From an uncultured Gammaproteobacteria bacterium (GTDB lineage: Bacteria; Patescibacteriota; Patescibacteriia; UBA1558; UBA10009), in the NCBI GenBank assembly GCA_964588165.1, contig CAZPMS010000001.1:91303-155302 (forward strand): a stretch of 64,000 bases of DNA. Direction: 5' to 3'. Both the position numbers and the translations under genes were made by a program. How positions within the stretch are numbered: the first letter of the stretch is position 1; each line of letters begins with the position of its first letter. Positions 9,371 to 18,366 of the stretch are shown here, piece by piece. The notes under the pieces are model-generated. The model did no database searches. It was not told the origin of the DNA and worked only from the letters and a program-made list of their open reading frames with translations.

Positions 9371-9799
9371 CTAAAAATTATTGGCAATAATAAGGGATAG
9401 GTTTGCAGCCAGCCAAGAATAAGCCTTAGTAAGGCTCTCCAACCTGTTTTTTGACAAATTAATGTCTTCTGGCTGGTTATTAACCAAATCAGTTACAGAA
9501 GCAACTAAAGAAAAATGTAACTCTTGATAATCAACAGGAACAGTTAGCGATAAAAGTTGTTTCTCAAATTCCTGATAAGAAATATTCTTTCCAGAGAATC
9601 GGCTTAAAACGCCCAAAAGATCCTGCCGATACTGTTCTTTTAGCTGATTTGGCTGGTTAAACTGGTCTATTACCTGTGTTTGTTGCTTTAACTCTTTAAT
9701 TGAATCTAATGTCATCTTTTCAAAAAGAGAACTGGTAGCTAAAACAGTTGAGGCAGAGAACAGAAAAATGGCCAAAAATAAAATTCGCCCTATACTCAT
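9371..9799 (-). CDS. Hypothetical secreted protein
   Basis: Signal-peptide-like N-terminus (MSIGRILFLAIFLFSASTVLA). Confidence 0.35.
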   Translation of the reverse strand: MSIGRILFLAIFLFSASTVLATSSLFEKMTLDSIKELKQQTQVIDQFNQPNQLKEQYRQDLLGVLSRFSGKNISYQEFEKQLLSLTVPVDYQELHFSLVASVTDLVNNQPEDINLSKNRLESLTKAYSWLAANLSLIIANNF

Positions 9800-9851
9800 A
9801 AAATTAAAACTAAGAAATTAAATCTTAAATAAAACTTTTGATTTTTGATTT

Positions 9852-10277
9852 TTAAACTTCTTTGGGTTTATACATGGAACCAATCAGCAGTCCGGCTACC
9901 AAGTAGTTTAATAATCCGGTTACCAGCCAAAGTACTATTAACTCTCCTGGAACGGCCATTGTTAGCCAGGTTATTAAAAGGCCGGGCACCGTGCCAATTA
10001 GCCAAACCCAAAATCCGAATTGCAAGCCTTTGGCAGCTTTTTCATCCGGAATGGAAGTATAGAAAATTCCGTAAACTAAAGTGAAAATTAAACCGACTAT
10101 TAAATTGTAAATTAGCATATATACCCACCAGTTTCCGGTCATCTGCTTCCACAATGCCGGATCGGAAGCGGAATACAGGCTGCCAGAAAGCCAGCCCTCT
10201 ATGGATCCTAAAACAAACAAAACTATACCTATTAAAATACCGATCTGAAAAATCTTACCCTGATTATTTTTTACCAT
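9852..10277 (-). CDS. Small integral membrane protein
   Basis: Four predicted hydrophobic helices. Confidence 0.4.
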   Translation of the reverse strand: MVKNNQGKIFQIGILIGIVLFVLGSIEGWLSGSLYSASDPALWKQMTGNWWVYMLIYNLIVGLIFTLVYGIFYTSIPDEKAAKGLQFGFWVWLIGTVPGLLITWLTMAVPGELIVLWLVTGLLNYLVAGLLIGSMYKPKEV

Positions 10278-10338
10278 AAATGTTGATAATTAATGATTGA
10301 TAATTAATGACTGATCGACCTTTATTATTTTATTTTTA

Positions 10339-10662
10339 CTAAATAAATCCTTCAGCCTTCATTTCTTGCCAGCTTTCTGAATTATCATCCCATTTATAAA
10401 CTTTAAAAGTATTGGTAACTTCATCTTCGGAATAAACAGTTTCCACACTAACACTGCTGCCTATCCTATTTGAATACTGTGTTTTTTTATCCAAAACTTT
10501 CGGCCTGGTAATCCATTCTACTTTCATTTTGCCCAGCGGGCCAATAAATTCAATTATTTCAAAATTTTCTTTACGTTCTTCATCTTTAATTTTTTCTTTT
10601 TTAAGTACTTCAAAATTTTCTAAAATTTTTTCTTTAATGTCTGGCCATTTATCTGGATGCAT
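10339..10662 (-). CDS. Hypothetical protein
   Basis: ORF with coding-like composition. No family recognised. Confidence 0.35.
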   Translation of the reverse strand: MHPDKWPDIKEKILENFEVLKKEKIKDEERKENFEIIEFIGPLGKMKVEWITRPKVLDKKTQYSNRIGSSVSVETVYSEDEVTNTFKVYKWDDNSESWQEMKAEGFI

Positions 10663-10705
10663 AATTTGGTAATCGGTAACTAGTTACTAACTTATTATAG
10701 CATTA

Positions 10706-11473
10706 TTATTGTTTTTTTTCAGTATTATTATCCACTGGCTTCCATTCTTTAGAAAAAGACTTGCCGGTTGTAACATAGCTTAACCAGTTAAGAAGCCATC
10801 TAATATTAACTCTTACCCAGCCATCCTGATGGTACCGTTGTGCTGAACCATAAGCCACAAAATTTTTTAAAGAAACAGTTTTACCAATCCTACTAAGCCT
10901 TCTAAACAAATCAACATCTTCTTGGGTAATTAAAGATTCTTTATAACCTCCTATTTTTTCAAAAGCCTCTCTTTTAACAAACTGAACCCAGCCCATGGCT
11001 ATGCCCAGTTTAACTTTATTTAAACCTTTTATGGTTTTATTAATTACCCATAAGTTTAATTTATCTACCTTGTTTTCCTCTTCTGGATGAAATCTTACTT
11101 GCAAAGTAATGCCAACACTTTTTGGCTTTTCTTGCATAACAGAAATTACTTTTTTTACAAAATCATCAAGCCGTTCTATTTGCACGCCGCAATCCATAAA
11201 AAATAAATATTTGCCTCTGGCCAAGCCGGCTCCTTTATTCCTGTTTTCGGCAATGCTGGTATTTTTTTCTCCTGGCTGGCGTATGTAAACTTTATCAGCT
11301 AAATTTTTAGCCACCTCTACTGTTTTATCGGTTGAACCGCCATCTGCCACAATAATTTCTTTATCAAGCCAAGTTAACCTTTTTAAAGGATTAATTGTTT
11401 TAGCAATATCTTCTTCCTCATTTAAAACAGGGATGATAAATGAGATTAATGGTTTTTTTTCTTGTTGATTCAT
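10706..11473 (-). CDS. Family 2 glycosyltransferase (dolichyl/polyprenyl-phosphate sugar transferase-like)
   Basis: ISFIIPVLNEEEDI ... IIVADGGSTDKT is the GT2 N-terminal signature. Adjacent to uppS. Confidence 0.7.
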   Translation of the reverse strand: MNQQEKKPLISFIIPVLNEEEDIAKTINPLKRLTWLDKEIIVADGGSTDKTVEVAKNLADKVYIRQPGEKNTSIAENRNKGAGLARGKYLFFMDCGVQIERLDDFVKKVISVMQEKPKSVGITLQVRFHPEEENKVDKLNLWVINKTIKGLNKVKLGIAMGWVQFVKREAFEKIGGYKESLITQEDVDLFRRLSRIGKTVSLKNFVAYGSAQRYHQDGWVRVNIRWLLNWLSYVTTGKSFSKEWKPVDNNTEKKQ

Positions 11474-11512
11474 AATAAATTTTTAAACAAACTACTCACT
11501 ACTATCTACAAA

Positions 11513-12199
11513 CTAGTTGCCCCCAAACCTCCTTTGCCGCCTATTAAACTCTTCAAAGGCTTTATCTAAATCTTTTTCAGTAAAAGCCGGCCAGCATTTT
11601 TTTGTAAAATACAATTCACTGTAAGCTGCCTCCCATAATAAAAAACCTGATGTGCGCAGTTCTCCCGATGTCCTGATAACCAAATCCGGCGGTGGCATTT
11701 TAGGATCATAAAGATATTTTTGAAAAACTTCCGGAGTTACTTTTTTTATACCAGCCTTAATAAATTTATTGATAGCGTCAATAATTTCGGCCTGGCCCCC
11801 GTAATTTAAAGCTACATTTAAAATCCCTTTATTATTATTTTTAGTAAGTTCCATTGCACTGTAACAAGCTTTTTCTAATTTTTTTGGTAATTGATGTAGG
11901 CGTCCAAGAACTTGCACTTTTATACCTCTTTTATGAAAAGTTTGTAAATCTTTAGTAAAGGCTTGTTCTAAAAGTTTCATTAGATAATTCACTTCGGCTT
12001 TTGACCGATCCCAATTTTCTGTGGAAAAAGCCCAAAGCGTCAAAATTTTTACTCCTCTATCTAAGCACCAATCACCTATCTTTAAAACTTTATTATAGCC
12101 TCTTTTATGGCCAATAAGGGTTGGTAAGCCTCTTTGCCTAGCCCAACGGCGGTTACCATCCATAATAATGCCTAAATGCTTTATTTTTGACTTTTTCAT
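11513..12199 (-). CDS. uppS: Undecaprenyl diphosphate synthase (cis-isoprenyl transferase)
   Basis: HLGIIMDGNRRWA ... WAFSTENW motifs are diagnostic of UppS. Confidence 0.85.
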   Translation of the reverse strand: MKKSKIKHLGIIMDGNRRWARQRGLPTLIGHKRGYNKVLKIGDWCLDRGVKILTLWAFSTENWDRSKAEVNYLMKLLEQAFTKDLQTFHKRGIKVQVLGRLHQLPKKLEKACYSAMELTKNNNKGILNVALNYGGQAEIIDAINKFIKAGIKKVTPEVFQKYLYDPKMPPPDLVIRTSGELRTSGFLLWEAAYSELYFTKKCWPAFTEKDLDKAFEEFNRRQRRFGGN

Positions 12200-12245
12200 A
12201 AATAAATATTGCTCATATTATACCATTTTAAGGCTTTACCAAGAA

Positions 12246-12274
12246 TTGACAAAAATATCAAAATATGCTATGAT
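12246..12274 (+). promoter_or_regulatory. Sigma-70-like promoter TTGACA-17-TATGAT
   Basis: Exact consensus -35 and near-consensus -10 with a 17-nt spacer. Confidence 0.55.
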
Positions 12275-12400
12275 TATATCCATAAGTTCTTTAAATAGAT
12301 AACAAGAAAACAAACGGAAATACCAGTATTTGATCTAGATACAAGCGCTACGCTGGACATGCTGAACCAAAATTCAGCTAAAAACAGCAAGGGAGAGATC

Positions 12401-12880
12401 ATGGAAAATTTCCTCGATTGGCTGCAGAAAGCATTAACAGCCATACAAAACTCCGTCCTCTACGGTATCGGATCCTGGTTTATACTGGGTATTCTGATTG
12501 TCAGCCTTTCTGTATTGATTATTATCCTACACCGTCAGATGATTTTCCACTGGATAGCCGGAGCAACTCTGGTAATATCCGCAACCTCTATTTGGTACTG
12601 GCGATGCCCACTCATGGATTGGGCTATAATTTCCTTAATGAACAGAGGTTGGAGTAACCTATCAATCACCTTGGCTACATGGCTTGTTATTACATACCTT
12701 GTGATGACAATTATAGCTATTGGCTATAAATATAGGCCATGGAATTTCAAGAGAATGCCATTTAAGTTGAGGCTGTTATTCCTACCCACCTTCCCGATTT
12801 TACTATTAATCCACTTTTTTTCTTGGATTGGCAGTAAATTCACAAACCAACACAGTTGCCCTGCAACTGCCATTAATTAG
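12401..12880 (+). CDS. Integral membrane protein, unknown function (start chosen at MENFLDW after GGGAGAG)
   Basis: Several transmembrane helices. The alternative upstream start at 12359 lacks an RBS. Confidence 0.4.
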   Translation: MENFLDWLQKALTAIQNSVLYGIGSWFILGILIVSLSVLIIILHRQMIFHWIAGATLVISATSIWYWRCPLMDWAIISLMNRGWSNLSITLATWLVITYLVMTIIAIGYKYRPWNFKRMPFKLRLLFLPTFPILLLIHFFSWIGSKFTNQHSCPATAIN

Positions 12881-13078
12881 AAAATTACTTAAGCGACATA
12901 AAACCGACGCAATACACCGCGCCGGTTTTTCTTTTATAAAAAAACAAACTTCCTTTTTTTGGAAGTTGTTTATCGATAACGTACAGAGCCTACTTTTTTA
13001 CCTTGCCTTTTCCGTTTTTTCTTATTAGCTATTTTCTTCTTCTTATACATAGCCTAATTTATTTAAATTATTTTTCTT

Positions 13079-13594
13079 CTACTTTTTCCCGCCTGTTTTG
13101 ATTAAACCAATTATAGTTTGTTTAATCTGTTCTTTACTCTCACTGGTAAATATATAAGATGGTTCAAGACGTTCCCCATCTTTTAAAGTAATAATTAATC
13201 TGTCGCCAACAGCCAATTCAGCAATTTCAACTTCATCCATTTCTTGAATTTCATTAGCTAAATTTCTGAAAAAGATATGTTTTTCAATTGATTGGTCTAG
13301 GTAATCTTCCAAATCAACCGGCTCGGTAATAGTCATCTTTTCATTTTTTCCACTAATTACTTTGTCAATTTTACCGGTTTTCATTTTTGATATATACGAC
13401 TTTAAACCATCCTTAAATTCAACAACAAAAAAATCGCCTTCACAACTAACAGATTCAACCTGATTCAATTCAGGGTTATTGCTATTTTTATATCTTTGTT
13501 CAACGGCTGAACATAATTCATTATACCATTCTTCACTGCCTCTGCCCTTATTACATTTTTCAAAACTATTTTGCATATTATTATCGCTCATCAA
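13079..13594 (-). CDS. Hypothetical protein
   Basis: ORF track. No family recognised. Confidence 0.35.
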   Translation of the reverse strand: MMSDNNMQNSFEKCNKGRGSEEWYNELCSAVEQRYKNSNNPELNQVESVSCEGDFFVVEFKDGLKSYISKMKTGKIDKVISGKNEKMTITEPVDLEDYLDQSIEKHIFFRNLANEIQEMDEVEIAELAVGDRLIITLKDGERLEPSYIFTSESKEQIKQTIIGLIKTGGKK

Positions 13595-13625
13595 TCATTA
13601 ATTATTAGTCATTAATTATCAATTA

Positions 13626-14048
13626 TCATCTCCCTGTTGAACCAAACTGCCCGCCTCCTCTAGCACTTTCTGCCAATTCATCAACTTCTTCCAGCTCCCC
13701 TCTTTCATAAGGATATATTATCAGTTGGGCCAGTTTGTCACCTTTTTTTACTTGATATGGTTCGGTTGAAAGATTAATTAGCTCTATATTATATTCGCCT
13801 CTAAAACCTGAATCAAAAACCCCGCCCATAGTATGTAAACCGAATTTATGAGGCGGTCCGCCTTTATCCTTTACTATAGCCACATTGCCTTCTGGAAATT
13901 CTAAAGCAAAACCTAATTTAAAATTATGCCTAGTACCCGGATTTAGTTCAAAATCTTCCCTGGAAAACATATCCATACCAGCATCGCCCGGCAAAGCATA
14001 TTCAGGTAACTTAACATCGGGATAAAGTTTTTTTACCTTTACTTTCAT
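13626..14048 (-). CDS. dut: dUTP diphosphatase
   Basis: dUTPase motifs AGMDM, the GxxDSGYRGE-like DSGFRGEY, and C-terminal RGGGQFGSTG. Start taken at MKVKVKK. Confidence 0.85.
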   Translation of the reverse strand: MKVKVKKLYPDVKLPEYALPGDAGMDMFSREDFELNPGTRHNFKLGFALEFPEGNVAIVKDKGGPPHKFGLHTMGGVFDSGFRGEYNIELINLSTEPYQVKKGDKLAQLIIYPYERGELEEVDELAESARGGGQFGSTGR

Positions 14049-14160
14049 ATTTAATAGATTACTATAAAAAGAAATAAGATACAAGAAACAAAAAAGGTCG
14101 CAAAAATGAGACCCTGTAATACTAAATTTACATGTCAAGGATAAATTTGATTCTAAATAA

Positions 14161-14352
14161 CTATTTTTTGAAAACCACGTAGTGGACTCTGGCCAAGCAC
14201 AAAGCGCCTAAGACAACCCACCACCAGATATTAACATCCATTATCCCGGGAATTAACTTAACCAGGATAAAGCCTACAAACAGGCCGCAAATGGCTACCA
14301 GCTTATAATCCATAAAGCCCATAGTAACCTGAAATTTACCTTTTTTAAACAT
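14161..14352 (-). CDS. Small membrane protein (63 aa)
   Basis: Two hydrophobic helices. Confidence 0.35.
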   Translation of the reverse strand: MFKKGKFQVTMGFMDYKLVAICGLFVGFILVKLIPGIMDVNIWWWVVLGALCLARVHYVVFKK

Positions 14353-14404
14353 GGGGATATTAGTTAATAATTAACTTTTTTTATTGTAGCATTTTTGATA
14401 AAAA

Positions 14405-14472
14405 CAAAAAAGCTCTACCTTAATAGTACGAACGCGCCGCGGCGCGTTCCCACATATAGACAAAGCTTTTTT
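14405..14472. repeat. Palindromic intergenic element, type I (diverged copy)
   Basis: AAAAAAGCTCTACC..GTACGAACGCGCCGCGGCGCGTTCC..GACAAAGCTTTTTT. Shares the GTACGAACGCGCC-N3-GGCGCGTTC core with the copies at 25175, 43353 and 44386. Confidence 0.5.
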
Positions 14473-14519
14473 GTAGTCGGGGTAACCCATAAATCCAAAT
14501 TTTAGATAATTGATACTAT

Positions 14520-14558
14520 TAATAAAATAAACCCGCTTCTTTTGTAAGAAACGGGTTT
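14520..14558 (-). terminator. Rho-independent terminator downstream of the TagF-like gene
   Basis: Hairpin AAACCCG..CGGGTTT, followed by a T-run on the minus strand. Confidence 0.5.
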
Positions 14559-14590
14559 TGTATAAAACCAATACTGATTGATTTGGAGGA

Positions 14591-15832
14591 TCAATCGCCA
14601 ACTGCATCTTCAACCAATTGGACGATCCGATCAACCGAGGCCCCACCTACCAGCGGTACAGCTTCAGCAAATTTGGCTGCTGAAACAACATGGTCTGCCG
14701 GATTTTCTAAGGCAGCTGTTATAACAGCTTCAAAATCTTCGAGACGCTCCAGCCCGGGAAGCAATCTAGAAGCCACAGCCAACGGATACCTACTGCCAAC
14801 TGACCGGTTATGCTCTGCTTGGACTTGGGGAGTTACCAAGTTAAATCCCGGTGTTCCCCAAACTGAATTAAACAAGGCAATATTGCTGTACGCGGAAAGT
14901 ACCAGATCAGCCGGAACAAGATCAGGGGGAAATCCGTCGGTTCCAAGGGTACTATACTTCTGACGCAGTTGCCCGATGCCACCCGTGACAAATAACAACT
15001 GTTCCCGTGGGCTCCAAGGTTCATTGGTTAGTTTCGTGAAGCCTTGATCCTCAAAGAAATCCAGAAATACCTGGCCACGCCTCATCATTTCTTGAGCTGT
15101 GCCAGAATAGGGCTTTGGATATTCCTTAAACACTTTGGGATGTGGCGCCACGATCAGAACAGCTCCAATTTTCTTGGCAATCTCAATCACCATTTCCAAC
15201 CCAGGCTTGTCCACAGCTAAAGTACTGGTGCAGGAATAAAAAATCACTTTGCTATGATGACAGCCCAAAACCATTTTCCAATCTCGAACCAACCGTTGCC
15301 ATTCTTCCGTCTGATCCTGTGTCGGTAAGGAAAAATCAGGAATTCCAACTTCGAAAATTTGGTGTGCCAACACGCCTTCTTCTTCTGCCAACAACCTACC
15401 AGCTTTGTTAATAACCAGATACCTGATGCCCGATTCATAAACCGGTGTAACAGCACCTGGGTTTGCTAAGCTGGACCGGATTACTGCGCCAGGAATGTCT
15501 TCCAAACGTAGAATCGGAATTTGGCACTCTTGTGCCTTGGTTTCGATATCAAGTTGGATGACATCGCAGGCAGGATCAGCTACATGAATAACGGCCTTGA
15601 TTGCAGGCCAGGGAATCGCGTCAACCTCATCAACTTTACCCTGATAATGCCCATTTGCAACCAGCTTACGCTGTTTGGTTTCAGCCACATCAGCTGCGGC
15701 AACTACCACCCAGGCAAACTTTTTCAGCAAGGCCGGGATAATCACCAAGCCGTACTGATGCATGCGTAAGGAAGTTTCGTCCCAAAGGACAGTTCCTTTG
15801 TCGGCAGTGCCCCTCAATTCAAATACGTACAT
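14591..15832 (-). CDS. TagF-like CDP-glycerol/polyol-phosphate glycerophosphotransferase family protein (teichoic-acid or capsule-type polymer synthesis). Visibly GC-richer than its flanks
   Basis: Motifs resembling the Glyphos_transf family: KVIFYSCTS, LIVAPHPK, DLVLSAYSNIALF. GC content jumps sharply inside this ORF. Confidence 0.45.
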   Translation of the reverse strand: MYVFELRGTADKGTVLWDETSLRMHQYGLVIIPALLKKFAWVVVAAADVAETKQRKLVANGHYQGKVDEVDAIPWPAIKAVIHVADPACDVIQLDIETKAQECQIPILRLEDIPGAVIRSSLANPGAVTPVYESGIRYLVINKAGRLLAEEEGVLAHQIFEVGIPDFSLPTQDQTEEWQRLVRDWKMVLGCHHSKVIFYSCTSTLAVDKPGLEMVIEIAKKIGAVLIVAPHPKVFKEYPKPYSGTAQEMMRRGQVFLDFFEDQGFTKLTNEPWSPREQLLFVTGGIGQLRQKYSTLGTDGFPPDLVPADLVLSAYSNIALFNSVWGTPGFNLVTPQVQAEHNRSVGSRYPLAVASRLLPGLERLEDFEAVITAALENPADHVVSAAKFAEAVPLVGGASVDRIVQLVEDAVGD

Positions 15833-15940
15833 TGTATCCCCTTTCGCGGGTTTAAGGTTTTAAATGAAATGATCTAAAATGATATTTTAAACTATCAAAA
15901 AAGGTTGTTTTTGTCAAGATAATACAAAAAATCTACAAAT

Positions 15941-16050
15941 AAATCACAGATGTTCACAGATCTATCACGGATATACAACAGATGGCACACCTATATTAGT
16001 ATCAGTGATTAATCCGCGCTTCATCGGTGATAGATCGGTGAATTATCTGC
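15941..16050. repeat. Array of ~11-bp-phased TATCnGnGA / TCnCnGATA motifs (inverted sub-arrays) in a divergent promoter region
   Basis: Four reverse units (TCACAGATG, TCACAGATC, TCACGGATA, CAACAGATG) then five forward units (TATCAGTGA, AATCCGCGC, TCATCGGTGA, GATCGGTGA, TTATCTGCA). Confidence 0.6.
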
Positions 16051-16076
16051 AAACTTTCTGCGTAAATAAATTAATT

Positions 16077-16105
16077 TGACAAATATATTAAATATTAGAT
16101 AAAAA
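16077..16105 (+). promoter_or_regulatory. Promoter (TTGACA -35) of paralog cassette 1. The block AATTTGACAAATATATTAA is repeated at 17845
   Basis: Consensus -35 and an AT-rich -10. The same 19-nt promoter block precedes paralog 3. Confidence 0.45.
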
Positions 16106-16147
16106 TACTTTAGAACATTACATCATTCAAAAAAATTGGAGCAGAAG

Positions 16148-16426
16148 ATGGGTAGACCAGATAAGCTAACTCATGATCTGTATATTAATGTGTTCAAGAA
16201 GATGCATCAGAAACTGAAAAAAAAGTATGGAGTAGGTGCGCTAATTGTAATTACACAAAATAAAAATGATCTAGGTCCGTTTGAATCATCAGCGCATGCT
16301 ATAACTCAAATGAATGTCCAGGGAATTAAACAAGGAACATACATTATTCAAACAATACACGAGAGTCCCGGCGATCCATTCTATTGTTTATTTACTGCCT
16401 CCAACGATTCGCTACAAGCTTGTTAA
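16148..16426 (+). CDS. Small protein, member of a tandem paralog family (GPFES motif), copy 1
   Basis: Shares KKYGVG..I.IT...DLGPFESSAHAI..M with the ORFs at 17482 and 17925. GGAG RBS 6 nt upstream of the ATG. Confidence 0.5.
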   Translation: MGRPDKLTHDLYINVFKKMHQKLKKKYGVGALIVITQNKNDLGPFESSAHAITQMNVQGIKQGTYIIQTIHESPGDPFYCLFTASNDSLQAC

Positions 16427-16450
16427 TTCCATATTAAATATGGATGGCCC

Positions 16451-16481
16451 AAAAGGATAACCATCACGATTATCCTTTTTT
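16451..16481 (+). terminator. Terminator hairpin AAAAGGATAACCATCACGATTATCCTTTTTT (cassette 1)
   Basis: 10-bp stem plus T-run. Nearly identical hairpins follow each of the three paralogs. Confidence 0.65.
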
Positions 16482-16657
16482 AATTTAATTGATTTTTAAA
16501 ACTCTAAATAATTAGCATTTCTTATCCACACCCACACCTTGACAAATCTTTTTATTTATATACTGTTAAAGTAAGGCATATTGTACATTTACACAAACAA
16601 CAAGCATTTTTCCATAGATAGTATAGATAGTATTGTAACTAACAGGAGGGAAAGGCC

Positions 16658-17329
16658 ATGAACAGGCTTGTTTTAAGTATGCTTCTGGCACTGATTCTCG
16701 CCTTTGTTCCAGGTTGTGATATAATAGAGGATCTAGGGATTGGGCCTGAAGGAGCAGAAGATCAGCAGGATCAAATAGTAGGCTATGTTGACCAGGGCAG
16801 CCTGCTTGTTTCCGGCAAGGAAAACTACGAAGACATAGCGCCTGGGCTATCAAGAGACTGGACCGTAGAAACTGGTTGTGAGATTCAGGTTTACTGGAAA
16901 AAAAACAATGATATTACCGGCTTCCGACAAATGGCGGCTATTATTGATTTGAACGGCTCGCGTTCTGTAACAATCAAGGCTGTTTCCCAACAAAATGTAT
17001 CGGGTAGCTGGTCGTTAACCGGCAGGTACATTACCAAGAATGACCAATTCTTTGTTCCAGATGAAGCCACACTAACGCCTGATAGTAGCCTGGCTATGCA
17101 CATGGACGATGGAAGGTTTGATCCTGAACTGGCAGTTGTGAGTACGCTGGAAAGGTGGGGCCTAATAGATCCCGGTTCGGTAAAGTTTACGTTGAATCAC
17201 TTTGATGTAAACCTTAATCAGCTAATTGTCCTTTCTGTTCCAGATTCAGTAGAAGCCAACGCCATAATGCTTAATCTGGCAGATGCTTACGATCAAATAT
17301 GGGGCTCTATTGTATTTGAAATCTATTAG
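16658..17329 (+). CDS. Lipoprotein (lipobox LAFVPGC), acidic, unknown function
   Basis: Signal peptide plus Cys lipobox. Strong RBS AGGAGGGAAAGG. GC-richer than the flanks. Confidence 0.55.
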   Translation: MNRLVLSMLLALILAFVPGCDIIEDLGIGPEGAEDQQDQIVGYVDQGSLLVSGKENYEDIAPGLSRDWTVETGCEIQVYWKKNNDITGFRQMAAIIDLNGSRSVTIKAVSQQNVSGSWSLTGRYITKNDQFFVPDEATLTPDSSLAMHMDDGRFDPELAVVSTLERWGLIDPGSVKFTLNHFDVNLNQLIVLSVPDSVEANAIMLNLADAYDQIWGSIVFEIY

Positions 17330-17354
17330 AGCTTTATCTACCACTGATCACCCA

Positions 17355-17390
17355 CGGCAAAGTCATCATTGACCTTGCCGTTTTTTCTTT
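17355..17390 (+). terminator. Terminator after the lipoprotein gene
   Basis: CGGCAAAGTCATCATTGACCTTGCCG hairpin plus T6. Confidence 0.5.
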
Positions 17391-17481
17391 GTATTATATT
17401 TGACAAAACATTAAAAATTAGTAAAAATCAAACTAGTTCCTTACAAAACATTCAACTAAGCATAAACATTCGGAGCTGACC

Positions 17482-17757
17482 GTGGAAAAACAACAAATTG
17501 TAGAAAATTTTGAATTTTTCAAAAGCAGATATTATGAGCTTCTCAAAAAGCATGGTGAAAAACTTGAAACAGAGATCTGGTTTACAATTGTAGAGAAAAA
17601 AATCCATGGCCCATTTGAATCAGCATCAGAAGCCATTAATGTAATGGCGGAGAAAGGATATAATGAAAATGATTATTTGCTTCAAATTATGACAGGCGAC
17701 CCTTCAGATTTAATGGACTGTCATTCAAGGGCAACAGAGCACAGTGTCATTAAATAA
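17482..17757 (+). CDS. Small protein, tandem paralog family copy 2 (HGPFESASEAI); GTG start
   Basis: Conserved GPFES block. Own TTGACA promoter at 17404 and own terminator. Confidence 0.5.
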   Translation: MEKQQIVENFEFFKSRYYELLKKHGEKLETEIWFTIVEKKIHGPFESASEAINVMAEKGYNENDYLLQIMTGDPSDLMDCHSRATEHSVIK

Positions 17758-17800
17758 TTAATAACCCTTTATATTTCAATATTGGCAAACTAGCCAACCC

Positions 17801-17832
17801 AAAAGGATAACCACTACGATTATCCTTTTTTC
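17801..17832 (+). terminator. Terminator hairpin AAAAGGATAACCACTACGATTATCCTTTTTT (cassette 2)
   Basis: Same hairpin family as at 16451 and 18218. Confidence 0.65.
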
Positions 17833-17924
17833 TTTATTTATAAATTTGACAAATATATTAATTTTAAGTAAATTTTGGTTAGTTCTTTCAAACAAGTTCA
17901 TCATTTTCAAACACGAGGTTTAAA

Positions 17925-18200
17925 ATGGATATATTAGACATAAAAAACTCGGAAGCAGTAAATAATTTCATCAAAACTAACCTCCAAGTATTTATTGACA
18001 AATATGGTATTGGTAGTTATATAGCAATAACACCAGACACAAAAGATCACGGTCCTTTTATATCAGTTATTGAAGGCACAACTATAATGGATAGTGATGG
18101 ATTTCCAATGGGCAGTTACATTCTCTACCAAATAGAAACGGTGTTTGGTGAAAACCGTCCATACAAAATAGGAGGAACGGTCGTTCAGCAGACCAACTAA
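17925..18200 (+). CDS. Small protein, tandem paralog family copy 3 (HGPFISVIEG)
   Basis: Conserved core DKYGIGSYIAITPDTKDHGPFIS..TIM. Promoter block repeated from cassette 1. Confidence 0.5.
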   Translation: MDILDIKNSEAVNNFIKTNLQVFIDKYGIGSYIAITPDTKDHGPFISVIEGTTIMDSDGFPMGSYILYQIETVFGENRPYKIGGTVVQQTN

Positions 18201-18217
18201 TTATGAATCTACACAAC

Positions 18218-18249
18218 AAAAGGATAATCATCATGACTATCCTTTTTTT
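18218..18249 (+). terminator. Terminator hairpin AAAAGGATAATCATCATGACTATCCTTTTTTT (cassette 3)
   Basis: Same hairpin family. Confidence 0.65.
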
Positions 18250-18366
18250 CTTTTTTTAAATTTAATTGAGTTGATTTTTGTATTCTTCAATAGATTGGTA
18301 AAATCGTTCCTTATTTTCATCAGCTATTGGCTCACCCGCTCCTCGACAAGCTCGAAACAGATTATA

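Noticed and set aside
12966-13052. 26-aa Lys/Arg-rich mini-ORF (MYKKKKIANKKKRKRQGKKVGSVRYR) on the minus strand as a ribosomal-protein-like gene
   Set aside because: No RBS or promoter. Does not match L34/L36/S21 signatures. It lies within convergent terminators, so it is probably fortuitous.
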